DNA from: Desulfatiglandales bacterium
GTDB lineage: Bacteria; Desulfobacterota; DSM-4660; Desulfatiglandales; B25-G16
NCBI GenBank assembly: GCA_046498285.1
Contig: JAWOBA010000210.1
Span: 1 to 50,168, forward strand
Direction of reading: 5' to 3'
Length of the DNA: 50,168 bases
Shown here piece after piece: positions 24,488 through 34,758 of the stretch. How positions within the stretch are numbered: position 1 is the stretch's first letter; each line of letters begins with the position of its first letter. The notes under the pieces are model-generated. The model did not search any database. It was given only the letters and a program-made list of their open reading frames with translations, and was not told the DNA's origin. Made by a program: the position numbers and the translations under genes.

Positions 24488-25657
24488 ATGAATAACGATA
24501 CCAAAATATTAATAGTGGATGATGATGCTGATACTGTTGAGTTACTGACCAAGAGGTTTCATGCTGAAGGTTATCACACCTCAGAGGCCTATGATGGTGA
24601 CCAGGCCCTGCAAAAGGTAAAGGAATATCAGCCTGACATAATACTATTAGATATAATGATGCCCAAAATAGATGGTTATGAGGTATGCAGAAGGCTAAAA
24701 AGTTCTGAAGATACCAGACATATTCCCGTTATCATGCTCACTGCGAAGGGAATGATACCTGATAAGGTTAAAGGATTGGACATTGGGGCAGACGATTATA
24801 TCGTAAAGCCCTTTGATTACCGAGAACTCTCACAAAGAGTCAGATACTGGATCTCAGTCAAGAAGGAGGTAGAAGAAAGATTAAGCGAGATAAAACACCT
24901 TGAACATGAACTCATCAAATCTGAAAGGTTAGCAGCTATTGGGCAAACTGTAGCAAGCCTTGCCCATTATGTAAAAAATATTCTGTTTGGTCTCAAGGGT
25001 GGCGTCTATTTGGTAAACGAAGCCCTGAAAGAAGATGACACCGATTCCATGAAGGATGGCTGGGAAATGGTAGAAAATAATATGGGTAGGATTTCTGGTC
25101 TGGTTCTCGATCTGCTTGAGTATTCCAGAGAACGCAAGCCAGAATATGAAAAATGTTTCCCCAACCGGATTGCAGATGAGGTCTGTACGCTCATGGAAGC
25201 GAGCGCAAAAGAATATGATATAGAGATTATTAAAGATTTTGATTCATCCATAGGTGAAGCAATTATGGACCCTAAAGGTACCCATCGCTGTTTGCTTGAC
25301 CTGGTTTCCAATGCAAGAGATGCCTGCATTCTCGATTCTGATGAAGAGAAAAAATGGGTAGTGCGAGTAAAAACACTTCTTGAAGCAGATGGCATGATTA
25401 GATTCGAGGTTTCTGATAATGGTTGTGGCATGGATGAAGAGGTCAAAAAGAAATTGTTTACCAGTTTCTTTACGTCCAAAGAGGGAAGGGGTACTGGGCT
25501 CGGGCTCCTGAATACTCAGAAAACAGTCAAGGAGAGTGGTGGAACCATCACTGTAAACACACAACTCGGAAGGGGATCGACGTTTACCTTACGGCTGCCA
25601 TATAGGGATATAGCGACATCGGGAGCAACCGGAAAAGAGAACACTAAATTTAAGTGA
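24488..25657 (+). CDS. Hybrid REC-histidine kinase (no PAS), paralog of 6063-7601
   Basis: The ORF opens at GTG 24476; ATG 24488 gives MNNDTKILIVDDDADT. Receiver motifs DIILLDIMMPKIDG and DDYIVKP. H-box LAHYVKNIL. ATPase boxes DLVSNARDA, DNGCGMD, GTGLGL. Confidence 0.88.
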   Translation: MNNDTKILIVDDDADTVELLTKRFHAEGYHTSEAYDGDQALQKVKEYQPDIILLDIMMPKIDGYEVCRRLKSSEDTRHIPVIMLTAKGMIPDKVKGLDIGADDYIVKPFDYRELSQRVRYWISVKKEVEERLSEIKHLEHELIKSERLAAIGQTVASLAHYVKNILFGLKGGVYLVNEALKEDDTDSMKDGWEMVENNMGRISGLVLDLLEYSRERKPEYEKCFPNRIADEVCTLMEASAKEYDIEIIKDFDSSIGEAIMDPKGTHRCLLDLVSNARDACILDSDEEKKWVVRVKTLLEADGMIRFEVSDNGCGMDEEVKKKLFTSFFTSKEGRGTGLGLLNTQKTVKESGGTITVNTQLGRGSTFTLRLPYRDIATSGATGKENTKFK

Positions 25658-25682
25658 AGAAATACTATAAGGAGGATACATC

Positions 25683-26072
25683 ATGAAGAAGGTTCTTACT
25701 GTTGACGATGATGTTGATATTAGAAAGGTTGTTTCAAAACTTGTGGAAAAAAGCGGCTATGAAGCCATTGAAGCCAAGAATGGTGTAGAGGGCATGAGTG
25801 CGGTCAGGGAGAATAAACCGGATTTGATTATTTTAGATATGTTGATGCCAAAAGAGAGTGGAATCAGGATGTATCATGAATTAAAGACCGAGGAATCTTT
25901 AAAAAGTATTCCTGTAATCGTGCTCTCTGCTATACCCCAAAAAAGCTTCCTTCGTTCCCAGAGAGTATTAGATGAATTTGCTGGTCAATCTGTGCCCGAA
26001 CCCGAAGCTTATATTGAAAAGCCAGAAGAACCCCAGGAACTAATCGCATTGATGAAAAAAATTTTAGGATAA
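25683..26072 (+). CDS. Stand-alone receiver-domain response regulator, paralog of 7751-8143
   Basis: 129 aa. TVDDDVD, DLIILDMLMP, YIEKP. RBS AAGGAGG. Confidence 0.9.
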   Translation: MKKVLTVDDDVDIRKVVSKLVEKSGYEAIEAKNGVEGMSAVRENKPDLIILDMLMPKESGIRMYHELKTEESLKSIPVIVLSAIPQKSFLRSQRVLDEFAGQSVPEPEAYIEKPEEPQELIALMKKILG

Positions 26073-26155
26073 AAAGGCTTACCTATAAGAAATCTGCCGA
26101 TTATACAGCGACTTGTATAAATAAAGCCTTTTTATCCTGTCAAAAAATCCTCCTT

Positions 26156-28111
26156 TTAGGTTTGAAGCTCAGATAGATTTTCATAAAAGTCCAGCGATTC
26201 TGGATTTTTTAGGGCATCCCTGTTGAGGACTTCTCTGCCATGTATAGTATTGGTAACAGCACTCTCAACCTTCTTCATATTGAGGGTATAAGGTATGTCG
26301 GGTGTTTCAATAATCTTGGCTGGAACATGTCGTGGGGAGGCATTTGCACGTAGGGTCTTTTTGATCTTGTTTTTTAAATCATCTGTGAGCGTATAACCCT
26401 CAGCAAGTTTAACAAAGAGAATAACCCTTTGATCTCCCTCCCAGTTTTGTCCTATTGCCAGACTATCATCGATTTCTTCCATTTGTTCCACTTGGTTGTA
26501 TATTTCGGCGGTGCCTATACGCACTCCGGAGGGCTTTAGCACTGCATCAGAACGACCATAGAAAGTTATTCCACCTGTTTCACTGTTCATCTTAATATAG
26601 TCCCCGTGGCGCCATATATTGGGATACACATTAAAGTAGGCATCTTTATATCTCTTGTTGCCTGGGTCATTCCAGAAGTAAAGGGGCATAGAAGGTGCAG
26701 GCGCCTCACACACAAGTTCCCCCTCTTGGTCAAGCACGGGATTTCCATTTTCATCATATACATTTATCTTCATGGCCAGGGCCGGGAACTGCAGTTCTCC
26801 TGCATATACAGGGCTTATAGGGCTTCCTGTGCAAAAGCATCCATTAATATCTGTACCCCCTGCAGAGGAGTTGAACCAGAGATCTTTTTTGATCTCATCA
26901 TATACATACTCGAAACCTTCAGGCGACAGTGCTGAGCCTGTTTGCCATATTTCTTTTAATGATGAAAGATCATATTTCTTTCCAGGCTTGAGACCTTGAC
27001 TTTGGATAAATGTGATATAGCTTGCACTGGTGCCAAACATGGTGACCTTTTCATCTTCAATTAATTTCCACATAGCATCTGCGTTCGGATAGTTGGGATT
27101 GCCATCATATAAAAGAAGTGTATTTCCTGTGGCCAGAGAGGTTAACATCCAGTTCCACATCATCCAGCTACAGGTAGTAATAAAGAATTGAATATCATCC
27201 CGTTTTAGATCGGTGTGCAGTATCAATTCTTTCAGCTGATTAATAAGAATCCCCCCTGCCCCCTGAACGAGACATTTTGGCTTTCCAGTTGTTCCGGAAG
27301 AAAACATGATAAAGAGGGGATGATCAAAGGGTAATTGTTCGAACTGAATTTCAAGCCCACTTTCTTGTGATAAAAAATCATCGAAATATACAGAGTTCGG
27401 AATATTACTGATATCGGGCTTATCTGCTGTATACGAGGTCACAATAACCTTTTCAATTGATGGTATCCCCTTTGTTATCTCGGCCGCATTGTCAAGAGAA
27501 TTAAAGGCCTTAGCCTTATAAAAATATCCATCAACCGTGAATAAGACCTTGGGTTCAATTTGACCAATGCGATCTATAGCAGCGCCTGAACCGATATCTG
27601 TGGCACATGAGGACCATGTAGCGCCAATACTTGTAGCAGCAAGCATTGCGATAGCCGTCTCCATCATATTCGGCATGTATGCAGCAACACGATCTCCTGG
27701 GGAAACTCCCATCTCCCGGAGTGCTTTTGCAAGGCGCGCGACTGTATCATAAAGTTCTGCATAGGTCATTTGAGCTGTTTTTTGGGTCTCTCCCCTGAAA
27801 ATAAAAGCTGTATGATTATCTCTATATCTTAGAAGATTTTCAGCAAAGTTTAATGTTGCACCCTCAAACCATTTTGTCCCTGGCATCTTTGTTAGATCAT
27901 CTACTATTGAATCATAAGAATTGGAGTATTTTATATCTGCAAAGTCCCAAAAAGATGCCCAAAATTCAGGAATATTTTCAATAGACCATTGATAGAGAGC
28001 ACGATATTCCGTAAAACTAGTTCCATATTTGTTGTTAATAAATTGGATGAATTTGTACATATTCGAATTTTTGATCCTCTCCTCTGTTGGTTTCCATAAA
28101 AGCTTTGCCAT
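26156..28111 (-). CDS. Acetoacetate-CoA ligase (acetoacetyl-CoA synthetase)
   Basis: 651 aa. N-terminus LWKPTEERIKNSNMYKF...YRALYQWSIENIPEFW is typical of acetoacetyl-CoA synthetases. AMP-binding motif FSSGTTGKPK. RBS AGGAGG upstream of the ATG. Confidence 0.85.
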   Translation of the reverse strand: MAKLLWKPTEERIKNSNMYKFIQFINNKYGTSFTEYRALYQWSIENIPEFWASFWDFADIKYSNSYDSIVDDLTKMPGTKWFEGATLNFAENLLRYRDNHTAFIFRGETQKTAQMTYAELYDTVARLAKALREMGVSPGDRVAAYMPNMMETAIAMLAATSIGATWSSCATDIGSGAAIDRIGQIEPKVLFTVDGYFYKAKAFNSLDNAAEITKGIPSIEKVIVTSYTADKPDISNIPNSVYFDDFLSQESGLEIQFEQLPFDHPLFIMFSSGTTGKPKCLVQGAGGILINQLKELILHTDLKRDDIQFFITTCSWMMWNWMLTSLATGNTLLLYDGNPNYPNADAMWKLIEDEKVTMFGTSASYITFIQSQGLKPGKKYDLSSLKEIWQTGSALSPEGFEYVYDEIKKDLWFNSSAGGTDINGCFCTGSPISPVYAGELQFPALAMKINVYDENGNPVLDQEGELVCEAPAPSMPLYFWNDPGNKRYKDAYFNVYPNIWRHGDYIKMNSETGGITFYGRSDAVLKPSGVRIGTAEIYNQVEQMEEIDDSLAIGQNWEGDQRVILFVKLAEGYTLTDDLKNKIKKTLRANASPRHVPAKIIETPDIPYTLNMKKVESAVTNTIHGREVLNRDALKNPESLDFYENLSELQT

Positions 28112-28421
28112 ACTATACCTCCTTTGAACGATATTTTTTGTTGTTTTTCAAAAAGAAAAAAACGTGACACAATTGTTAAGAAATTATTTTCTTAATACGT
28201 TGATTTTTATTCTTTTCCTTTTGTCTTGACTAAAAAAGATAATTAGATTAAACGTAACCACCTATAAATTAAAAAGTGAAATTAATCAAGGAAAGATTCA
28301 TTTTCTTAGCTCTTTATATGGTTAAGAAGATCGGTAAATAAAATACTTTTATCTTTGCTGGGAGTTACCGCTTTATAGATGAGGGGCCGATGAGCTTGTG
28401 ATTGAAAGGAATGTTTTATAA

Positions 28422-29900
28422 ATGGATGAATCAAGTGGGATCATTAAGGAAATAAAAAAGAAAGTTAAGGATTTACGGGCAAGAGGATTTAACCTTTATC
28501 CGTCCGGTTTTAAAAGAGATATCACTATAGAGGAAGTGGTACGCCGTTTTGCTACGATGGATAATGATGAACTTAATGAGGTGCATGATACCTTCACTGT
28601 GGCCGGCAGGATTATGTCTATTCGGAATTTTGGTAAGGCAGTTTTCATCCATATCAAAGATGGAACTGGTCAACTTCAGGCATATATACGGAAAGATAAG
28701 GTTGAAGAGGAGAATTTTAAGATCATCACATTTGTAGACATTGGCGATCATGTGGGAATAAGCGGTCGTTTTTTTAGGACTAAGACAGATGAATTGACCA
28801 TTTTGGCATCTTCCTTTGTTCTTCTGACCAAGGCTCAAAGCCCATTACCAGAAAAATACCATGGATTGGTAGACATAGAAACGAGATATCGCCAAAGGTA
28901 TCTTGATCTTATAGTTAATGATAATGTTAGACATACCTTCATCCTGAGAAGTAAAATAATCCATGCTATACGAGAATTTCTTGAAAGACAAGGCTTTATA
29001 GAAGTTGAGACCCCTATGATGCAATCGATCCCTGGTGGTGCTACAGCCAGGCCGTTTAAAACATATCATCAATCATTAGGGATAGACCTTTATTTAAGAG
29101 TAGCCCCGGAGCTTTATTTAAAAAGGCTTGTAGTAGGAGGTTTGGAGAAAATTTACGAATTAAACAGAAATTTTCGAAATGAAGGAATTTCCATTAACCA
29201 TAATCCTGAATTTACCATGCTTGAATTTTATGTTGCTTATGCAACATATGAAGATTTGATGGACTTAACAGAAAACCTTTTCTCATATCTTTTGAAAAAA
29301 CTTTTTGACAAGTTAGTGATTACATACCAGGGTAATCTTATAGATTTTACTACCCCATGGCCGAGGATCTCACTCACTGATTCCTTGAGAGATATTGGTG
29401 GCATAGATGAGAGTACTCTTTTTGATAGTAAGGCATTACGTAATTTTGCCAAAGCAAAAGGAATTGATATAGAGGATAATGAAGAGCTTGGAAGGATATT
29501 AGCTAAACTTTTTGACCATATTGTTGAACCAAAATTGATCAAGCCCACCTTTATCATTGACCATCCAATAGAAATCAGTCCCCTTTCCAGGAGAAAGGAG
29601 GATAATCCCAAGATTGCGGAAAGATTTGAATTGTTTGTTGGTGGAAAAGAGATTGCAAATGCCTTTTCTGAGTTAAATGACCCAGATGATCAGCGAGAGA
29701 GGTTTGTTAAGCAGGCACGTTTAAGGGATTCAGGTGATGAAGAGGCCCTCTTCATGGATGAGGATTATATAAAGGCATTGGAGTATGGTTTGCCACCTAC
29801 AGCAGGGGAAGGAATTGGAATAGATAGATTAGTTATGGTCTTAACAGATTCAGCTTCCATCAGGGATGTTATCCTTTTTCCCCAAATGAAGAGGAAGTAA
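28422..29900 (+). CDS. lysS: Lysine-tRNA ligase, class II
   Basis: 492 aa. OB-fold N-domain (VAGRIMSIRNFGKAVFIHIKD). Class II motifs NRNFRNEGIS, HNPEFTMLEFY, GEGIGIDRLVM. Confidence 0.97.
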   Translation: MDESSGIIKEIKKKVKDLRARGFNLYPSGFKRDITIEEVVRRFATMDNDELNEVHDTFTVAGRIMSIRNFGKAVFIHIKDGTGQLQAYIRKDKVEEENFKIITFVDIGDHVGISGRFFRTKTDELTILASSFVLLTKAQSPLPEKYHGLVDIETRYRQRYLDLIVNDNVRHTFILRSKIIHAIREFLERQGFIEVETPMMQSIPGGATARPFKTYHQSLGIDLYLRVAPELYLKRLVVGGLEKIYELNRNFRNEGISINHNPEFTMLEFYVAYATYEDLMDLTENLFSYLLKKLFDKLVITYQGNLIDFTTPWPRISLTDSLRDIGGIDESTLFDSKALRNFAKAKGIDIEDNEELGRILAKLFDHIVEPKLIKPTFIIDHPIEISPLSRRKEDNPKIAERFELFVGGKEIANAFSELNDPDDQRERFVKQARLRDSGDEEALFMDEDYIKALEYGLPPTAGEGIGIDRLVMVLTDSASIRDVILFPQMKRK

Positions 29901-30188
29901 AATAAGGTCGGAATATCTTTATTAATCGTAAAAAAAGTTTAAAGGTAGCTACGGTGTTTCATTCAAAAGGGAGCAATGAGGAATTGGGTTAGGTATTATT
30001 TACTCCAGCTATAACGCTTTAATAATAAAGAACCCTTGCTTATAATAAATTAGTGATAGCGTGTTGGGCACTCAAAACGCAAGAAGGCACAGGAATGGTT
30101 TTTTCATCCATACCCTTTGCTACAGCACTCCATTACTCCAGTATTCTGCCGTAATCTTGTGGGAAGGAGCAAAGCGGAGCTAAATGCT

Positions 30189-31406
30189 ATGTCTTTTGAA
30201 ACATTTTTTTCTTTCAGATACTTAAAAGCAAAGAGAAAACAAGGGTTTATCTCTATCATAAGTGGTATTTCCATTTTAGGAATAATGATAGGGGTCATGG
30301 CACTGATTGTAGTATTAGCAGTTATGAATGGTTTTAGAGAAGATTTGATGAAAAAGATACTCGGTGTAAACTCCCACTTGCTGATTTTAAGCTATAATGC
30401 TGGCATTGGGGATAAAGAAACTGTTATAGATAAAGCTTTGAAAGTAGATGGTGTTCTTTCAGCGACTCCATTTATTTACAGTGAGGTAATGATTAAACAT
30501 GCTGGCAATATTTCGGGGGCTATTTTGAGGGGTTTGGATCCAGCAACAGCTGGGACAGTAATCAATATTGATTCTATGATAAAACAGGGCTCACTTAATG
30601 TTTTAAATACATCTGATCAGGGCATTATAATTGGTAGTGAGTTAGCAAAACAGATAGGAGTAGTGCCGGGAGATAATATAACGCTGGTATCACCCATAGG
30701 GAAATTGACGCCGTTAGGGAGAGTAGCAAATGAGGATACCTATACAGTAATGGCCCTTTTTGAATCCGGCATGTTTGAATATGATAGCAAAATGGCTTAT
30801 CTCTCTTTGGTCGATGCTCAGGATTTTCTATCCATGGGTGATGAGGTAACTGGTATAGAATTAAAAGTTAATGATATAAACAAGAGTGACAAGATAGGCA
30901 AGATTGTGCAGGATGAACTTGGCTACCCTTATTGGACTAAAGACTGGAAGATGATGAACAGGAGCCTATTTTCTGCCTTAAAGCTTGAAAAGGTGACTAT
31001 GTTTATTATTCTGATTATGATAGTGCTCGTAGGGGCACTTAATATCATTAGTTCATTAGTTATGTTAGTTATGGAAAAGACTCGTGATATCGCTATACTA
31101 AGGACTATGGGGGCTTCATCCAAAAGCATTATGTCTATTTTTATCTTTCAGGGTCTATTTGTCGGTCTTATCGGCACATTTTTAGGCCTCATATCTGGAT
31201 CTTTTCTATGTCAGGTTCTTGCAAGGTATCAATTTATTAAGCTTCCCCCCGATGTTTATTATATAACTACCCTACCTGTTAAAATGGAATGGTTAGATGT
31301 TGTCTCAATTGCATTGGCTGCAATAGTTATATCTTTTATTGCCACTATTTATCCTTCCTGGCAGGCATCTAAAGTAAATCCCGTAGAGGCATTAAGATAT
31401 GAGTAG
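30189..31406 (+). CDS. lolC: Lipoprotein-releasing system permease (LolC/E family; single copy)
   Basis: ATG 30189 gives the typical N-terminus MSFETFFSFRYLKAKRKQGFISIIS. Periplasmic MacB-like domain and a C-terminal FtsX-type 3-TM bundle, ending ...PVEALRYE. Confidence 0.88.
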   Translation: MSFETFFSFRYLKAKRKQGFISIISGISILGIMIGVMALIVVLAVMNGFREDLMKKILGVNSHLLILSYNAGIGDKETVIDKALKVDGVLSATPFIYSEVMIKHAGNISGAILRGLDPATAGTVINIDSMIKQGSLNVLNTSDQGIIIGSELAKQIGVVPGDNITLVSPIGKLTPLGRVANEDTYTVMALFESGMFEYDSKMAYLSLVDAQDFLSMGDEVTGIELKVNDINKSDKIGKIVQDELGYPYWTKDWKMMNRSLFSALKLEKVTMFIILIMIVLVGALNIISSLVMLVMEKTRDIAILRTMGASSKSIMSIFIFQGLFVGLIGTFLGLISGSFLCQVLARYQFIKLPPDVYYITTLPVKMEWLDVVSIALAAIVISFIATIYPSWQASKVNPVEALRYE

Positions 31407-31417
31407 GTAGGAAACCC

Positions 31418-32080
31418 ATGCTCAGGATAGAAAATATTTATAAATCCTTTGAAAATAATGGCAAGACGATCCAGGTACTCAAAGGGATTACCTTGCACGT
31501 ACTTCAGGGTGAATCTTTTGGTATTATAGGGCCTTCCGGGTCAGGCAAGTCTACCTTGCTTAATATTATGGGAACATTAGAGCCACCATCTAAGGGCAAT
31601 GTTTTTTTTAAAGATCTTGATGTCTATCAAATGGATGAGGAGGGCCTTAGTAAGATTAGGAACCAGGATATAGGTTTTGTGTTTCAACTCCATCATCTTC
31701 TCCTTGAATTCAATGCTGAGGAAAACACTATGATACCAGCACTTATTTCTGGATATAGCAAGGCTAAAGCAGCTGAAATGTCTTCAGCCATACTTTCTCA
31801 GGTTGGCTTGAAAGATAGATTGAAGCACAGGGTGGGAGAGCTTTCTGGAGGAGAACAGCAGAGAGTGGCGATTGCCAGGGCCCTAGTGATGGGCCCCAAA
31901 CTTCTTTTGGCGGATGAGCCTACAGGAAATCTTGATAAGTCAACAGGTGATGAGATAACAAAACTGTTACTTTTCCTCAATAAAAGCAGAGGGTTGGCCT
32001 TAATTATAACTACTCATAACCTAGAGCTGGCAAACAAGATGTCGAAGCAGTTGCAATTAGTTGATGGCAGGCTTGGATGA
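31418..32080 (+). CDS. lolD: Lipoprotein-releasing system ATP-binding protein LolD
   Basis: Walker A GPSGSGKST, signature LSGGEQQRVAIARAL, Walker B LLLADEPTGNLD. Confidence 0.92.
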   Translation: MLRIENIYKSFENNGKTIQVLKGITLHVLQGESFGIIGPSGSGKSTLLNIMGTLEPPSKGNVFFKDLDVYQMDEEGLSKIRNQDIGFVFQLHHLLLEFNAEENTMIPALISGYSKAKAAEMSSAILSQVGLKDRLKHRVGELSGGEQQRVAIARALVMGPKLLLADEPTGNLDKSTGDEITKLLLFLNKSRGLALIITTHNLELANKMSKQLQLVDGRLG

Positions 32081-34758
32081 TTCAAAAAAAACTCCCTTAT
32101 TTTAGCCATATAGTTAGACCCCTTTTATTTTTTTTATTGTTCCTTCTTTTTTTGATGCCTACCAATGTGATGGCACTGTTATCAGAGATGATAGCGGTTC
32201 TTCCTTTCAAGATTTATATGCCGGGGCCTGCGGATAATCTTGCCGTAGTCCTTCAGGAGATGTTAACAACAAGACTCGCGAACGAAGGATTAGAGCTTAT
32301 CAATCCCTCAACGATAAATACGGGCGAACTATCTCGAATAAAAGTTTCAGATCTAGATATTTTAAGAAGGGTGGGAAGAGAAAAGGAAATAGATTGGGTA
32401 ATCAAAGGGAGCCTTACTCAGATTGGAAAGAAAATCAGCCTCGATCTTACCATTATTCCTACATCAGCGAACAAAAGACCTTCCTCTATATTTGTGGTGG
32501 GGGACGGAATAGATAAATTAGATCAGATCTTAGAAAAGGCAGTAGTAACAGCAACAAACCGAATTAAAGGCATTATACAGGTAGATTCAGTCTTTGTGGA
32601 AGGAAACAAGAGAATAGAAACAGATGCCATCCTTGCCGTTATTGAGAGTCGGAAAGGGACGAAATATGACCCGGCCGCGCTCAATAAGGATCTTAGATCC
32701 ATATACGAGATGGGTTTTTTCGAGGATATCCAGATAGACACTGAGGAGATTCCTGGTGGAAAGAATGTTACGTTCAGGGTCAGTGAAAAGCCATCAATCA
32801 CGAAGATTACACTATTAGGTACAGAGAGGATTGACCAAGAGGATCTTATGCAGGTCTTGGGTATTAAAAAATACTCTATTATGAACAGGAATGCTATCAA
32901 GGATAGCGTTAAGAGGTTAAAAGACCATTATCACCGAAAAGGATTTTATCATGTTGATATAAAAGAAAGGATTGAGGAATTTCCCAACAATGAAGTCGCC
33001 CTCATTTATCAGATAAATGAGGGGGATAAGGCCTATATAAGGGAGATTAGTTTTGAAGGGAATAGTGCATTTGATGATGATGATTTGAAAGACATTATGG
33101 ATACAAGTGAAAAAGGTTTTTTCTCTTTTTTTACGCAATCTGGCCATTTGGATAAAAAAAACCTAGATAAAGATATCTTTAAGGTTGAATCATTTTATCA
33201 GAACAAAGGATATATAAATGCAAGGGTAGGTGAGCCAGAAATAACTTACAAAGAAGATGAGGGTCTTAAAATTACGGTTACTATTCATGAAGGCACTCAA
33301 TATACTGTTGGTAAAGTTATGCTTCAGGGAGATCTTATCAAAGATGTTGATGAACTTTACCAATCGCTTAAAATAACAAAAGAGGAAGTCTATAACAGAG
33401 AAGTTATCAGGTCTGATACATTATCTTTACGTGAAATTTATTCCGATAATGGCTATGCCTTTGTTGATATTTCTCCTGATATTAAAAAGAATGATAAACA
33501 GCATAAGGTTGATATTACCTATAACATTGTTAAGGGGAAAAAGGTTAGATTTGAAAGGATTAGAATAACCGGAAATGATAAAACCAGGGATAAGGTTATT
33601 CGGCGAGAACTAAGCGTTATCGAAGGTGGATATTTCTGTGGGGGAAATTTAAAGAGAAGTACTCAGAATCTTCATCGTCTGGGTTTTTTTGAGGAAGTGG
33701 AGGTTAATACAAAAAAAGGAAGCAGTGATGAGGAAATGATTCTTGATATACATGTCAAGGAGCGACCAACCGGCATGCTTTCCTTTGGTATTGGGTATAG
33801 TTCAGTCGAACATACTATAGGGACACTTCAAATATCACAAGAGAACCTATTTGGCCGGGGTCAATCCATATCAGCCAAGGCATCCACGAGTAGCAAAGCC
33901 ACGAGGTATACCTTAAGTTTTATCGAGCCATGGCTTTTTGATAAGCCGTTATCAGGAGGCATTGATCTTTATGACTGGGAATACGAGTATGACGAATATA
34001 CCAAGGAAAGTAGGGGGGGTAAGTTAAAATTTGGTTTTCCTTTAAGGTTTGATTTTACAAGGGGGACAATTATTTATACCTATGATGATTCTTTTATCTC
34101 TGACGTCTCAGAAGATGCATCTCAAGAGATTAAGGATGTAGAAGGAAGTAATATTACCAGCAGTCTGACGTTTGGTGTTTCCAGGGATAGCAGAGATAAA
34201 CGCTTTAATGCAAAAAAAGGCTCTGTTAATTCCCTTACAGTGGAATATGCAGGAGGATTCTTAGGGGGAGATAACTATTTTACTAAATATCGGGCCAGAT
34301 CAGCCTGGCTTTTTCCTTTTTTCTGGGATACAGCATTTTCTGTGCAGGGCAGATTGGGTTATATTGATCAGAGGCCAGGAGGAAAATTGCCTGTTTATGA
34401 AAAGTTCAGATTAGGAGGGATGAATACGGTTAGAGGATTTGAATATGGCGATATTTCACCTATTGATCCGATTACAGGCGACCGGATAGGTGGAGAAAAG
34501 ATGATGTGCTATAATGTTGAGTGGCGGTTTCCCCTTGTGCCGGAACAAGGAATAGTAGGTGTCTTATTTTTTGATGCCGGGAATGTTTTTCCGAGTGAGG
34601 AAGACTATACTTTTAGTGGAATTAGGATGGGTGCTGGTGCAGGAATCAGGTGGTATTCACCTATGGGGCCTCTAAGATTGGAATGGGGCAAAAATCTTGA
34701 TCCAAAATTTGATGAGCCTTCGAGCAATTGGGAATTTTCTATCGGGACACCATTTTAG
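32077..34758 (+). CDS. bamA: Outer membrane protein assembly factor BamA with N-terminal extra domain
   Basis: 893 aa. ATGA overlap with lolD. Signal-like N-terminus, then repeated POTRA-like segments (e.g. IQVDSVFVEGNKRIETDAI, ISFEGNSAFDDDDL, IRITGNDKTRDKVIRREL), then an Omp85 barrel ending ...NWEFSIGTPF. Confidence 0.9.
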   Translation: MIQKKLPYFSHIVRPLLFFLLFLLFLMPTNVMALLSEMIAVLPFKIYMPGPADNLAVVLQEMLTTRLANEGLELINPSTINTGELSRIKVSDLDILRRVGREKEIDWVIKGSLTQIGKKISLDLTIIPTSANKRPSSIFVVGDGIDKLDQILEKAVVTATNRIKGIIQVDSVFVEGNKRIETDAILAVIESRKGTKYDPAALNKDLRSIYEMGFFEDIQIDTEEIPGGKNVTFRVSEKPSITKITLLGTERIDQEDLMQVLGIKKYSIMNRNAIKDSVKRLKDHYHRKGFYHVDIKERIEEFPNNEVALIYQINEGDKAYIREISFEGNSAFDDDDLKDIMDTSEKGFFSFFTQSGHLDKKNLDKDIFKVESFYQNKGYINARVGEPEITYKEDEGLKITVTIHEGTQYTVGKVMLQGDLIKDVDELYQSLKITKEEVYNREVIRSDTLSLREIYSDNGYAFVDISPDIKKNDKQHKVDITYNIVKGKKVRFERIRITGNDKTRDKVIRRELSVIEGGYFCGGNLKRSTQNLHRLGFFEEVEVNTKKGSSDEEMILDIHVKERPTGMLSFGIGYSSVEHTIGTLQISQENLFGRGQSISAKASTSSKATRYTLSFIEPWLFDKPLSGGIDLYDWEYEYDEYTKESRGGKLKFGFPLRFDFTRGTIIYTYDDSFISDVSEDASQEIKDVEGSNITSSLTFGVSRDSRDKRFNAKKGSVNSLTVEYAGGFLGGDNYFTKYRARSAWLFPFFWDTAFSVQGRLGYIDQRPGGKLPVYEKFRLGGMNTVRGFEYGDISPIDPITGDRIGGEKMMCYNVEWRFPLVPEQGIVGVLFFDAGNVFPSEEDYTFSGIRMGAGAGIRWYSPMGPLRLEWGKNLDPKFDEPSSNWEFSIGTPF

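Noticed and set aside
26073-26155. Possible bidirectional terminator between the convergent receiver and acetoacetyl-CoA synthetase genes (AAAGGCTT...AAGCCTTT)
   Set aside because: The arms are short and separated by a loop of more than 40 nt. That is not convincing enough to annotate.
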